Of a stretch of DNA of 64,000 nt, positions 41,279 through 51,136 are shown piece by piece. The stretch spans positions 9,082 through 73,081 of the forward strand of contig JACOXG010000004.1 in the NCBI GenBank assembly GCA_016176405.1. The letters run 5' to 3'. How positions within the stretch are numbered: position 1 is the stretch's first letter; each line of letters begins with the position of its first letter. The stretch comes from Candidatus Daviesbacteria bacterium. GTDB lineage: Bacteria; Patescibacteriota; Microgenomatia; Daviesbacterales; UBA10151. Both the position numbers and the translations under genes were made by a program. Under the pieces are notes generated by a model. The model was not told the origin of the DNA, searched no databases, and saw nothing but the letters and a program-made list of their open reading frames with translations.

Positions 41279-41487
41279 TTTTTGTCTGCTTTATCTATAA
41301 CTTCTTGGGAATTTAATTCTTTAGGTCCTTGATCATCATTTGGCAATCCCACTGATTTTAAAGTTTCATCAATATCCTCAGTCTCCTCTGATGCATGACC
41401 TAAGGGAGAGGATTCATCTTGAAGTTCTTCATCAGCTTTTTGAGCATCTTCATGTTTTTGATCATCTGTTATAGTTGGTTTTGGCAT
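41269..41487 (-). CDS. small acidic hypothetical protein
   Basis: Strong SD AGGAGGTG before the ATG at 41487. Confidence 0.65.
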   Translation of the reverse strand: MPKPTITDDQKHEDAQKADEELQDESSPLGHASEETEDIDETLKSVGLPNDDQGPKELNSQEVIDKADKNQE

Positions 41488-41563
41488 TTTTTCACCTCCT
41501 TTTATGGTACCCCTGGAAGGAAGGTTGCTGCGCAATGCCTCCTTCGGAGGAACGAACCTTCAG

Positions 41564-41635
41564 CGCCCCTGGAGGGATTCGAACCCCCACAATGTGGTCC
41601 GAAGCCACATGGTCTATCCGTTAGCCTACAGGGGC
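41564..41635 (-). tRNA. tRNA-Arg(TCG)
   Basis: GCCCCTG...CAGGGGC-G, anticodon arm TGTGG-CTTCGGA-CCACA, T-loop TTCGAAT. Confidence 0.93.
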
Positions 41636-41730
41636 AATGTGTTAATTTTACCAGATTCTTACTATTTATTTGTTTATTTATTAACTCATTGAAATATGAT
41701 TCAAAAGCTAAAAGAAAGGGGGTGAGATTT

Positions 41731-41859
41731 ATGGCCAGAGGTCGAAAGAAGACCAAGACAGAAGAGGAAGAGCTTCCAGAAAAAGAAGAAATGGAAGAAG
41801 AGGAACCAGTTTATCATGAGATTAGCCAAGACGATGAAGAAGAGGGTAAGGAGAAATAG
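41731..41859 (+). CDS. small basic/acidic hypothetical protein
   Basis: SD-like GGGGGTG; MARGRKKTK followed by an E-rich tail. Confidence 0.55.
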   Translation: MARGRKKTKTEEEELPEKEEMEEEEPVYHEISQDDEEEGKEK

Positions 41860-42058
41860 ATGGGATATGAGTTAAAGTGGATGAATGATGTGCAGACGGT
41901 TGTCCCGTTTGCACATCACCTATTGACAGACACCCTGTAGTCTGATTATGATTATTTCATAAGCTGCCCATCTTGCATGGACAACTCAACCACAAAAAAC
42001 AACCAATTTCTTCAAAAATTTGAGATTTTTATCCTAATAAAAAGAAATAAGAGAGGGG

Positions 42059-42760
42059 GTGAACTCTAATCTTATTATGGAAGCAATTGGACTTACAGTA
42101 ACAACTATAGTTACTACATCTTTAGCCAGATTTGGCTCATACCTACCACAGCTGATTGCCGGATTGGTTTTGCTACTGATTGGTCTGGCCATAGCTGCTA
42201 TTTTAAAGGAGGCTGTTTTAAGACTGTTAAATTTTCTTAATGTGGAGGAATGGCTCAGTAATGTGACTGAGTGGTTTAATCAGATCAGAGATGAAAAGGC
42301 AGCCAGAGGCAGAATTTGGCCAAGACTTTTATCTGAACTGGTCCGCTGGACAGTAGTGATTTTGTTTTTAGTCCCAGCAGCAGAGGCTTGGGGACTTCCC
42401 AGAGTCACAGAGCTGTTAAATCAGTTCTTGCTCTATGTACCAAACGTTTTTGTGGCGGTGGTAATTGGCTTTATTGGACTAGTGGTAGCTAATTTAGTGT
42501 CTGAGGTGGTCAGACATGCTTCAAGAGGTTTGGGCAGCGCATCAGCCAATTTGTTATCAACCTTTGCCAGGTATGCCTTGTTTTTCTTCACAGCCCTGGT
42601 AGTTTTGAATCAACTGGGGATCGCGGCAGATTTGGTGAGGATTTTATTTACCGGTATTGTGGCCATGCTGGCCATAGCCGGAGGACTGGCTTTTGGCATG
42701 GGGGGACAGGAGATGGCCAGAAAGTTTTTGGCGGAGTTACAAAAGAGACTGGAAAAGTAG
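42059..42760 (+). CDS. conserved TM-helix repeat protein (MscS-associated, CmpX-like)
   Basis: YLPQLIAG, YVPNVFVA, LAFGMGG. Confidence 0.82.
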   Translation: MNSNLIMEAIGLTVTTIVTTSLARFGSYLPQLIAGLVLLLIGLAIAAILKEAVLRLLNFLNVEEWLSNVTEWFNQIRDEKAARGRIWPRLLSELVRWTVVILFLVPAAEAWGLPRVTELLNQFLLYVPNVFVAVVIGFIGLVVANLVSEVVRHASRGLGSASANLLSTFARYALFFFTALVVLNQLGIAADLVRILFTGIVAMLAIAGGLAFGMGGQEMARKFLAELQKRLEK

Positions 42761-42816
42761 GGTTGATATTATCAGGTGCGACCTTGATTGAGGTGCGTCC
42801 TCAACAGATGCGAGTG

Positions 42817-43644
42817 TTAATTTTGGCTAAGGAGCTGGAGAGCTCCATATAATCCAGCTAAGTCACCAAGTTTAGCTGGAACTATATCTGGAGGATTTGG
42901 AAAGATGGTTAAAACATCTTTCAAGTATGATTTGACTTTATCAAGTGAAATACTCTTCATCACCGCTCCACCTAAAATCACCACGTCTGGTGACCAATGA
43001 ACAATGGTGTTATTTAAACCAATTGCTAAATATTTGGTTACTTTATCCCAAATTGCCTGATCAGTGATATCTTGGCCTTTTTGGTGGTAATCTCTTCCTA
43101 AATAATAACCACCCACGTAGGCTTCAAAATGGCCTTTACCCCCACAATGACAAAGAACCCCATCAATTACAATAATTTGATGTCCTGGTTCAAAACCTAA
43201 AGAGTTTTTATCTATTTTTTGATCAACAACTCTCACCCCTCCAATCCCAGTACTAATAGTGAGGTATGCTACAATACTTTTTCCTATACCAGCACCAGAT
43301 GTAGCCTCACCTAACCCTGCCATGGCAGTGTCATTTTCCAAGTGCACAGGAGAGTTAAGATTACTTTGAAGTGTTTCTTTTAAAGGTTTATTAACCCAAC
43401 CATGAAGATGAGAGGTATGGGTGGCAATGCTTTTATCCTTGTTAAACACCACAGCTATTCCACCTGAAACAGCTTCAATTTTTTCTCCTGCACAAAGCTC
43501 ATTAGCTGTTTGAGTAAGAAGCTTTATTCCTTGTTCAAAATCATCAGCAGGAGTTGGAACAATCCTAGTCTCTTTAAGAGTTTTGCCATCAGAGGATGTG
43601 GCAATCCTCATATTTGTTCCACCAATATCAAACACTAAATACAT
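42817..43644 (-). CDS. ROK family sugar kinase (glucokinase-like)
   Basis: FDIGGT, LEND, STGIGG, EPGH, CHCG..GH.E. Confidence 0.9.
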   Translation of the reverse strand: MYLVFDIGGTNMRIATSSDGKTLKETRIVPTPADDFEQGIKLLTQTANELCAGEKIEAVSGGIAVVFNKDKSIATHTSHLHGWVNKPLKETLQSNLNSPVHLENDTAMAGLGEATSGAGIGKSIVAYLTISTGIGGVRVVDQKIDKNSLGFEPGHQIIVIDGVLCHCGGKGHFEAYVGGYYLGRDYHQKGQDITDQAIWDKVTKYLAIGLNNTIVHWSPDVVILGGAVMKSISLDKVKSYLKDVLTIFPNPPDIVPAKLGDLAGLYGALQLLSQN

Positions 43645-43689
43645 ATAAAACTAGTTTACACAAATAATGGTTTTATGTATAGTGTACTC

Positions 43690-44610
43690 ATGAAATTAGG
43701 ATTTATTGGTTTAGGCAGAATGGGTGGTAATATGGTCCGAAAGCTTCTTGATGATGGTCATGAGCTAGTAGTTTGGAACAGATCTCCTGAGCCAAGAGTA
43801 GAATTAAAGAAAGAAAGGCCCATAGTTGAAATAGCAGATTCTATTGAGGATTTAGTAAAAAGATTGGAAAAACCAAGAGTAGTTTGGTCTATGGTTCTAG
43901 TTGGTGAACCTACAGAGGAAGTTTTAAGAGAAATAGAAAGATATATTGAGCAAAACGATATTATAGTTGAAGGTAGCAACGCCAATTATAATGACACTCA
44001 AAGAAGATACGAGTATTTTACAAAAAAGGGTATCAGATTTTTAGGAACTGGTGTTGCAGGTGGAATTTTAGGTCCTAAGGAAGGGTATGCAATTATGGCT
44101 GGTGGAGATAAAAGCGCGTATCAGCATGTAATTTCTATTTTAGATACTTTGGTTAAACCAAAAGCTGATCATGGCTATTTTGGTGAAGGGGGCGCAGGAC
44201 ACTTCGTGAAAATGATTCATAATGCCATTGAATATGGATATATGCAAGCGATTGGTGAAGGTTTCGATGTTTTAGCGCATTCACCTTATAAATTAGACTT
44301 GCTTAAAGCTGCTAAACTTTGGCAAAAGAGCTCTCTGGTATCTGGATTTATGATGGATCGCACAGTTGAAGTTTTAGAAGAGGATCCTAAGTTGGCAGGT
44401 TTGACAGGAGTTGTGGATGCAACAGGAGAAGCTTTATGGGCAGTGCAAACAGCCAAAAAATTGGGTATACCTGTTGAAATAATAGAGGCTTCCTTAAACT
44501 ATAGAGCAAGATCGCAAACTAATCCTAAGATACAAAAATCATATACTGCTAGAATGGTTGCTGCTCTACGTCATGCTTTTGGAGCTCATGGGATTCACAA
44601 GAGAAAATAA
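43690..44610 (+). CDS. gnd: 6-phosphogluconate dehydrogenase (short, YqeC-type)
   Basis: GLGRMG, GAGHFVKMIHNAIEY, R..FGAH. Confidence 0.93.
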   Translation: MKLGFIGLGRMGGNMVRKLLDDGHELVVWNRSPEPRVELKKERPIVEIADSIEDLVKRLEKPRVVWSMVLVGEPTEEVLREIERYIEQNDIIVEGSNANYNDTQRRYEYFTKKGIRFLGTGVAGGILGPKEGYAIMAGGDKSAYQHVISILDTLVKPKADHGYFGEGGAGHFVKMIHNAIEYGYMQAIGEGFDVLAHSPYKLDLLKAAKLWQKSSLVSGFMMDRTVEVLEEDPKLAGLTGVVDATGEALWAVQTAKKLGIPVEIIEASLNYRARSQTNPKIQKSYTARMVAALRHAFGAHGIHKRK

Positions 44611-44618
44611 TTGCAAGG

Positions 44619-46043
44619 CTAAATTCTACAAAATTCCATGGATGGTTCTAACCATTTTCTTCCATCAGCCTCAATTAACTGATCAGCTTCTTTTGGTCCC
44701 CAAGAACCAACTTTATAAATTATGGGTTTACCCCGAACTTTAGAAAGGGGATCAGTAAAGGCCCACTGGGCTTCAACTTCTTGGGCATCATTAAAAAAGG
44801 TCTGATCTCCTCTGATGGTATCAACCAGTAACCTTTCATATGGATCAGGTACAAAATGTGTATGAGGATCAATTCTATAGCAATACTGCATATACTCTGG
44901 TTGTAGTTTTACCCCATGGCCAGGCAGTTTAGTTAAGATTTTTAAAACTACTCCCTCGTTTGGCTGAATTCTGTAAACCAAAATATTGGGTTCATCCCCG
45001 CTTTTTAGGTTTTTGAATAACCTGTTGACCGGATTTTTGAAGACAAGGGAAATTTCCGTGACATACTGTTTTAGTTTTTTTCCAGCTCTGATATAAATGG
45101 GAACATCTTTGAATCTGTCATTTTTGATAAAAGTTTTTAGGGCATAATAGGTATCGGTGGTAGAGTTGGAATCAACATTTGGCTCTTTGTTATAACCTTC
45201 ATATTGACCAAATACCACTTTATTAGGCATTGGGACTAAACTTTTTAGAATTTTAATCCTTTCTTTGGTAACAGCCTCATTAGTAAAGCGCGATGGAGCA
45301 TCCATGGTGGCAAAGGCCAGCATCTGTAGCTGATGATTTTGTCCCACATCTTTCAATGATCCAACCTGGTCATAATACCCACCCCTTCTGCCAATGCCAA
45401 AATCCTCAGTGGCTGTGATTTGAATATGGTCAACAAAATCTTTATTAACTAAAGGCTCAAAAATATCATTGGCAAATCTAAAAGTTAAAATGTTTTGCAA
45501 GGTCTCTTTACCTAAATAATGATCTAATCGATAAATTTGATCCTCTGTAAAATATTTCAGTAAGAGTTGATTTAAGGCTTTGGCCGAAGGTAAATCTGAG
45601 CCAATTGGTTTTTCAATCATCAGCCTGACCCAACCGCTGTTTTGCAAATTTAATTTATACTTTTGTAGATTTTCAAAAATATAATGATATAAATCTGGAT
45701 ATGTAGCCAGATAGTAGATTCTATTGTCATGTTTTAAATAATTCTGTAACTTTTTATATAATGCCGGATCTTGAATTTCACCACTTAAGTATTTAAGTCT
45801 TTTGCAAAGTTTACTGAAGATATCTTCTTTGATTTCATGTTGATGATGAACATTTTCTAAATGTAGAACCTTATGTACGTATTCTTTCAGAGTTTGATCA
45901 GACATTTCCCTTCTGGCGATGCCTAAAATAGTCATATCGGCAGGTAGAAGATTTTTTTCTTCCATATCATAGAGAGCGGGGATAAGTTTGATCTGAGCCA
46001 AATTGCTGGTGATACCAAAAATTACCAAGGCGAAAGATTCCAT
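44619..46043 (-). CDS. zwf: glucose-6-phosphate 1-dehydrogenase
   Basis: EKPIG, RLDHYLGKE, DVGQNH, RAGK, GSWGP. Confidence 0.95.
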   Translation of the reverse strand: MESFALVIFGITSNLAQIKLIPALYDMEEKNLLPADMTILGIARREMSDQTLKEYVHKVLHLENVHHQHEIKEDIFSKLCKRLKYLSGEIQDPALYKKLQNYLKHDNRIYYLATYPDLYHYIFENLQKYKLNLQNSGWVRLMIEKPIGSDLPSAKALNQLLLKYFTEDQIYRLDHYLGKETLQNILTFRFANDIFEPLVNKDFVDHIQITATEDFGIGRRGGYYDQVGSLKDVGQNHQLQMLAFATMDAPSRFTNEAVTKERIKILKSLVPMPNKVVFGQYEGYNKEPNVDSNSTTDTYYALKTFIKNDRFKDVPIYIRAGKKLKQYVTEISLVFKNPVNRLFKNLKSGDEPNILVYRIQPNEGVVLKILTKLPGHGVKLQPEYMQYCYRIDPHTHFVPDPYERLLVDTIRGDQTFFNDAQEVEAQWAFTDPLSKVRGKPIIYKVGSWGPKEADQLIEADGRKWLEPSMEFCRI

Positions 46044-46079
46044 GGGAATAGAATATATCATATGATACAATTTCGGACA

Positions 46080-47896
46080 ATGAATAATCTAAGAGAGCTA
46101 GCTAAGCTAGTTAGGTACTTTATCTTAATTTCCACCACTGAGGCAGGGTCTGGGCATCCTACCTCATCTCTATCCGCCACCGACTTGATGGTGGCTCTTT
46201 TTTTTGGAGGATTTCTTCATTTTGATTTGAAAAATATAGATAATGCCAATAATGATCGTTTAATTTTCTCTAAAGGTCACGCCTCCCCTCTTTTCTACTC
46301 AATTTATGGGGCAGCCGGTGCAGTTTCTGAAAAGGAGCTTCTGACTCTGAGAAAGTTTGACAGTCCATTAGAGGGGCATCCTTCCACGGAGTTTCCCTTT
46401 ACCGAGGTTCCCACAGGATCTTTGGGTCAAGGTTTATCTGTTGGAGTTGGTATGGCTATTAATGCTAAATATCTGGATAAATTGGGATATAAAACTTTTG
46501 TACTATTGGGTGATTCTGAGATGGCAGAAGGATCTGTTTGGGAGGCAATTCAGCTGGCAGCATTTTACAAATTGGACAATTTGGTGGCAATTTTGGATGT
46601 GAACAGATTGGGACAAAGAGGGCAGACTATGTATGGACATGATGTTAAAGCATATCAGCAAAGAGTTTCCAGTTTTAGTTGGAAAACTATTGTAATTGAT
46701 GGACATAATTTGGCTCAGATTAAAAGGGCGTATCAGCGAGCCTTAAAGACTAAAAATGTCCCTACTATGATTATTGCTAAAACTATTAAAGGTAAAGGAT
46801 TTTCAATTTGGGAGGATAAAGATGGTTGGCATGGGAAGGCACTTCCTAAGGAGGATTTGGAAAGGGCTTTGAAGGAATTGGGTTATATAAATAAGAAACT
46901 TCGTGGAAAACTCAGCTTACCCACAAAGTCATCCCCGCTTTCGCGGGGATCCATAAATAATTGGATTCCTGCCTCCGCAGGAATGACAAACTATTCCCAA
47001 GGTGACATGGTGGCAACAAGAAAGGCCTATGGTAATGCTTTAGTAAGGCTTGCTCCCAAATATCCTGATATGGTGGTATTAGATGCCGAGGTGAATAACT
47101 CTACTTATTCAGAATTTTTTGCCCAAAAATTTCCCCAAAAATATTTTGAGATGTTTATTGCTGAACAAAATATGGTGGGAGTGGCTTTGGGACTTTCAAG
47201 GCGGGGCAAAATGCCTTTTATCTCCACCTTCGCCGCCTTTTTAACTAGAGCTTTCGATCAAATCAGAATGGCTCAGTATGCCAAAACTAATATTAAGTTT
47301 TGTGGTTCTCATGCAGGAGTTTCCATAGGGGAAGATGGGCCCTCTCAGATGGGATTAGAAGACATTGCCATGTTTAGGACAATTATGGGTAGTGTGGTGT
47401 TGTATCCTTCTGATGCTGTCTCTTGCGAAAAATTGGTGGAAGAGGCTGCAAAGCATTATGGCATGGTTTATATTAGAACCACCAGAAAAGATACACCTGT
47501 TATTTATTCTAATAATGAGCAATTCAAAGTGATCATGACCAGGTTACTATTTTGGGAGCAGGGATAACTCTTCATGAGGCTCTAGCTGCTTATGAGGAGC
47601 TAAAGAAGAGTAATATATTTGTTCGAGTAATTGATTTATACAGTATTAAGCCTTTAGATACTGATACCCTGAAAAAAGTTGCGAGAGAAACAAAAGCTAT
47701 TATTACTGTAGAAGATCATCATTTAGAAGGTGGGATGGGGGAGGCAGTGGCCACAGCATTGGCTGGTGTAAATATACCTGTTATCAATTTGGCTGTTACC
47801 AAGGTCCCCAAGAGCGGTAAGCCTGCTGAACTTTTAGACTATGAGGAAATTTCAGCAGGTGCTATTATTGATAATGTTAAAAAGATCATTAAATGA
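46080..47896 (+). pseudogene. tkt: transketolase, frameshifted at ~47527
   Basis: SGHPTS, SKGHA, GDSE.AEG, GEDGPSQ. The C-domain (GAGITLHEAL...VEDH) is in another frame after an apparent short deletion. Confidence 0.88.
46928..46987 (-). repeat. GTCATTCC...GGGATGAC double-hairpin element, reverse orientation, in frame in tkt
   Basis: 60 bp; translated SSPLSRGSINNWIPASAGMT in the inter-domain linker. Confidence 0.88.
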
Positions 47897-48756
47897 GACC
47901 TGCAAATTTAAAAAGTAAAATATTTTTAGATAGTGGCGACACTGATGAGACAAAGCAAATTCTGGATGCTTTAGGTTTTTTGGATGGACAAACTACTAAT
48001 CCTACTTTAATTGCCAAAAATCCCACTTCTCAAAAAAGACTGGCTGAAGGCAAAAAATTTAGTAAAGACGAAGTGTATTCATTTTACAAAGATGTGGTGG
48101 AGCAAATATTTAGTTTGATTCCCAATGGTTCAGTATCTGTAGAAGTTTATGCTGATGCGAATACTTCTTCAGAGGAAATGTTTATTCAAGGTAAGCGGAT
48201 GTTTTTTTGGATTCCTAATGCTCATATTAAATATCCCACAATAAAAGCTGGATTAAAAGCTGCTAGTAGGTCAATCAAAGAGGGAATGAGGGTGAATATG
48301 ACTTTATGTTTTTCTCAACAACAAGCTGCCGCGGTCTATGCTGCTACCAAAGGAGCTAAAAAGGGTGATGTGTTTGTCTCCCCTTTTGTGGGCAGGCTGG
48401 ATGATAGGGGAGAAAACGGTATGGAATTTATTAAAAATGTTATCCAGATGTATAAAGGTAGTGATGGACATATGGAGGTTTTAACAGCCAGTGTCAGAAA
48501 TTTAGATCATCTTTTATATGCTATTCAGCTAGGTAGTGATATTATCACCTCCCCTTTTAAAATCCTATTAGAATGGTCTGAAAAAGGATTACCAATGCCG
48601 GATGAAAATTTTACTTATTCACCTGATGGTTTAAAAAATATTTTATATGAGGAAATCAGTTTGGATAAAGATTGGTCAGAATATGATCTGTCTCATCCTT
48701 TAACAGATGCCGGAATTGAAAGATTTTCCGGTGACTGGAATAATCTCATTAAATAA
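47893..48756 (+). CDS. tal: transaldolase
   Basis: IFLDSG, TTNPTL, IKYP (Schiff-base Lys), NMTLCFS, SPFVGR. Confidence 0.92.
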   Translation: MRPANLKSKIFLDSGDTDETKQILDALGFLDGQTTNPTLIAKNPTSQKRLAEGKKFSKDEVYSFYKDVVEQIFSLIPNGSVSVEVYADANTSSEEMFIQGKRMFFWIPNAHIKYPTIKAGLKAASRSIKEGMRVNMTLCFSQQQAAAVYAATKGAKKGDVFVSPFVGRLDDRGENGMEFIKNVIQMYKGSDGHMEVLTASVRNLDHLLYAIQLGSDIITSPFKILLEWSEKGLPMPDENFTYSPDGLKNILYEEISLDKDWSEYDLSHPLTDAGIERFSGDWNNLIK

Positions 48757-48783
48757 GGATTTTTAAATAAGTATTAGTTGCTA

Positions 48784-48810
48784 TCATTCCTACCTCGGAG
48801 GTAGGAATGA
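48784..48810. repeat. REP palindrome flanking the RAYT (downstream side)
   Basis: TCATTCCTACCTC-G-GAGGTAGGAATGA perfect inverted repeat. Confidence 0.88.
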
Positions 48811-48840
48811 ATGTGCACGTAGGGTTTTATCCAGTATTTT

Positions 48841-49482
48841 TTATTCAAGAAGCTTATGTTTAATTAATTCAAGCTTTCTAGCATAATCTACTTGATCTAG
48901 TACAAATTGTTCATATCTTTTGGAATTTTTAAATAATGAGATAACAACTTCCTTATTGCAAATTTTATCTTCTTGTAATTCAAGATAGGATACATATGAT
49001 GACCAAGGATAGTCTCTTAAGTTTTTAACTAAATAGGAAGCAATTGGGTTTAGGTGTATATATCGTGATAAATGTATCAATTGTTCATCTGATTCCACTC
49101 TGACAGCCTTAAATTGTCCTTGGAAGAGTGGCCCAACGCGCTCATGACGTGTATTAAAGTACTTAGTATAGCTGTTAGAAACCTTATTAATGAATTCAGA
49201 GATTCCCTTTTCTTCGAGCTGCCGCAACATAAAGTGATAATGGTTAGGCATTAGGCAATAGCAAATTATTTCCACAATTCTTTTGTTCTTCTCATACTCA
49301 AAATCCTTAAAACGATTTAACTGAGAAAATTGAGGTTTGGGTCCCTGGAATTGGTAATAGTAGATCGTCTCTAAGAATCGATTGTAATCTCTTCGATCAT
49401 CAAATACCGGCATCTTTGCCACTCCACGATTAAAAACATGGTAGACTTGGCCAGTGGCCAATGGAATTATTCGATAGGGCAT
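48841..49482 (-). mobile_element. REP-associated tyrosine transposase (RAYT, Y1 HUH family)
   Basis: YHVFNRG, YCLMPNHYHF (HUH), G.LFQGQF, YIHLNP (catalytic Tyr), YPWSSY. Confidence 0.92.
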
Positions 49483-49523
49483 AAATTCTACTAAACCACA
49501 TATTACCCAAGGTGTCAATACAT

Positions 49524-49542
49524 TTCCACCTCGGAGGTAGGA
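49524..49542. repeat. REP palindrome flanking the RAYT (upstream side)
   Basis: TTCCACCTCGGAGGTAGGA, same core as 48784-48810. Confidence 0.8.
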
Positions 49543-49586
49543 GTAAGTTTGGAGTATTGTATACTTAATAAATCTAACTAGAGCTT

Positions 49587-49919
49587 ATGAACAAACAACA
49601 AAATTTGCTTAAGATAGTTAAACTGTGGAAGGTAAATCTTACCCCTGAGTACAGAGGATTTAGGTGTGCGGATTGTCAAAGATATCTTTATAAAGCATAT
49701 CATCACTTTCTTGATTATGGAGTGTTTAAAGCTCCAGTTCATTTTTGTCATAAATGCCAGAAAAAATTTAGCCCAGCAAATGACATAAAGCATAAAATAT
49801 TTACCTGCGATAATTGCGGCAGGAATTTATATAAAAGCTTTCATGTTTGGACAAAAAGGAATAAAAAATTAACTGAAGAGCACTACTGTAAAAGTTGTTG
49901 GAAAAATCTGCTAAGATAA
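49587..49919 (+). CDS. small Cys/His-rich zinc-finger-like protein
   Basis: Two repeats: CADC..LYKAYH..HFCHKC and CDNC..LYKSFH..HYCKSC. Confidence 0.7.
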   Translation: MNKQQNLLKIVKLWKVNLTPEYRGFRCADCQRYLYKAYHHFLDYGVFKAPVHFCHKCQKKFSPANDIKHKIFTCDNCGRNLYKSFHVWTKRNKKLTEEHYCKSCWKNLLR

Positions 49920-49923
49920 AGAT

Positions 49924-50949
49924 ATGAATTTAGACCCCAACAATGTGGAAGGTTCAACTGGGATGTTAACCTTGCAGTGTGAGCAGATTTGGCAAGATAT
50001 TCAAGCATTAGATTTTCCTCCGGATTTTAAAGATTGTCAAAATATAGTTCTTTGTGGGATGGGAGGGTCCGCATATGGAGGGTATGTAATTAATAGTTTA
50101 TATAAAGACCAATTAAAAATTCCCTTAATTTCTAATAATGATTATGCATTACCATCTTTCGTTAGCCAAAAAACTCTAGTTATTTTGTCCAGTTATTCTG
50201 GATCAACAGAGGAGGTTTTATCATGTGCCCAAGAAGCTTTGGGGAAAGGAGCCAAAATTGCAGGCATAGCTGGTGGAGGTACACTGTCAGAATTCTTCAA
50301 ATCCAATAATATCTTAAGCATAGTATTTGATCCCAAGCACAATCCCTCTGGACAGCCCAGATTAGGAACAGGTTATATGGTTTTAGGTACTATTGCTATT
50401 TTAAACAAAATTGGGGTAATTAGTGTTCCAGATGAACAAGTAAACCAAGCGATTTCTGAGCTGAAGACGGAGCAAGAAAATATTAAGAATATGGGTAGGG
50501 AGTTAGCAGCTAAATTCCAAGGATTTATCCCAGTGATATTTTGTGCCGAATTTCTGGAAGGCAATGCTCATATCTTAAGAAATCAGTTTAATGAAACAGC
50601 TAAAAGTTTTTCAGCTTTTTCTATCCTGCCTGAGTTAAATCACCATCTAATGGAAGGATTAAAAAATCCCGAAGATAAAAAATTAAAAGTTTTATTTATT
50701 ACCTCCGAGCTCTATTCTGATAAATTAAAAAGAAGAGTAGAATTAACTAAAGATGTGGTGGAAAAAAATGAGGTGGGATATGAAGAATACCAAGTAATAG
50801 GGAGTTCCAAGCTTTCTCAAATGTTAAATGCTTTGTCTTTTGGAGGTTACTTAACTCTTTATTTAGCATTCCTGTATGGCCAAGACCCTAGTTTAATTCC
50901 TTGGGTAGACTATTTTAAAAAGCAGTTGGAGGGAGGTGAAAAAACTTGA
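49924..50949 (+). CDS. bifunctional phosphoglucose/phosphomannose isomerase (SIS)
   Basis: GMGGS, SSYSGSTEE, QPR, NETAK, PELNHH. Confidence 0.9.
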   Translation: MNLDPNNVEGSTGMLTLQCEQIWQDIQALDFPPDFKDCQNIVLCGMGGSAYGGYVINSLYKDQLKIPLISNNDYALPSFVSQKTLVILSSYSGSTEEVLSCAQEALGKGAKIAGIAGGGTLSEFFKSNNILSIVFDPKHNPSGQPRLGTGYMVLGTIAILNKIGVISVPDEQVNQAISELKTEQENIKNMGRELAAKFQGFIPVIFCAEFLEGNAHILRNQFNETAKSFSAFSILPELNHHLMEGLKNPEDKKLKVLFITSELYSDKLKRRVELTKDVVEKNEVGYEEYQVIGSSKLSQMLNALSFGGYLTLYLAFLYGQDPSLIPWVDYFKKQLEGGEKT

Positions 50950-51134
50950 ATCAAAAAACATACAATCAAGTAACAGGGTTAATATTTTCTGTGGTGGCGG
51001 TGGTTCATATTTTTAGGCTGGCGAATCGCTGGGAGGCAAATATAGCTGGCTGGCCTGTTCCACTTTTGGGAAGTGCCTTGGCAGCTGTGGTAGCAGTATT
51101 TCTGGCCTATTCAGCATATAAATTGATGAAATAA
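50946..51134 (+). CDS. small membrane protein
   Basis: SD GGAGGTG, TTG start, two TM helices. Confidence 0.65.
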   Translation: MNQKTYNQVTGLIFSVVAVVHIFRLANRWEANIAGWPVPLLGSALAAVVAVFLAYSAYKLMK

Positions 51135-51136
51135 GA

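Noticed and set aside
41419-41756. ORFs 41419-41859 (5' part), 41502-41756 and 41504-41692
   Set aside because: They overlap tRNA-Arg; only the 41731 start has an SD-like sequence.
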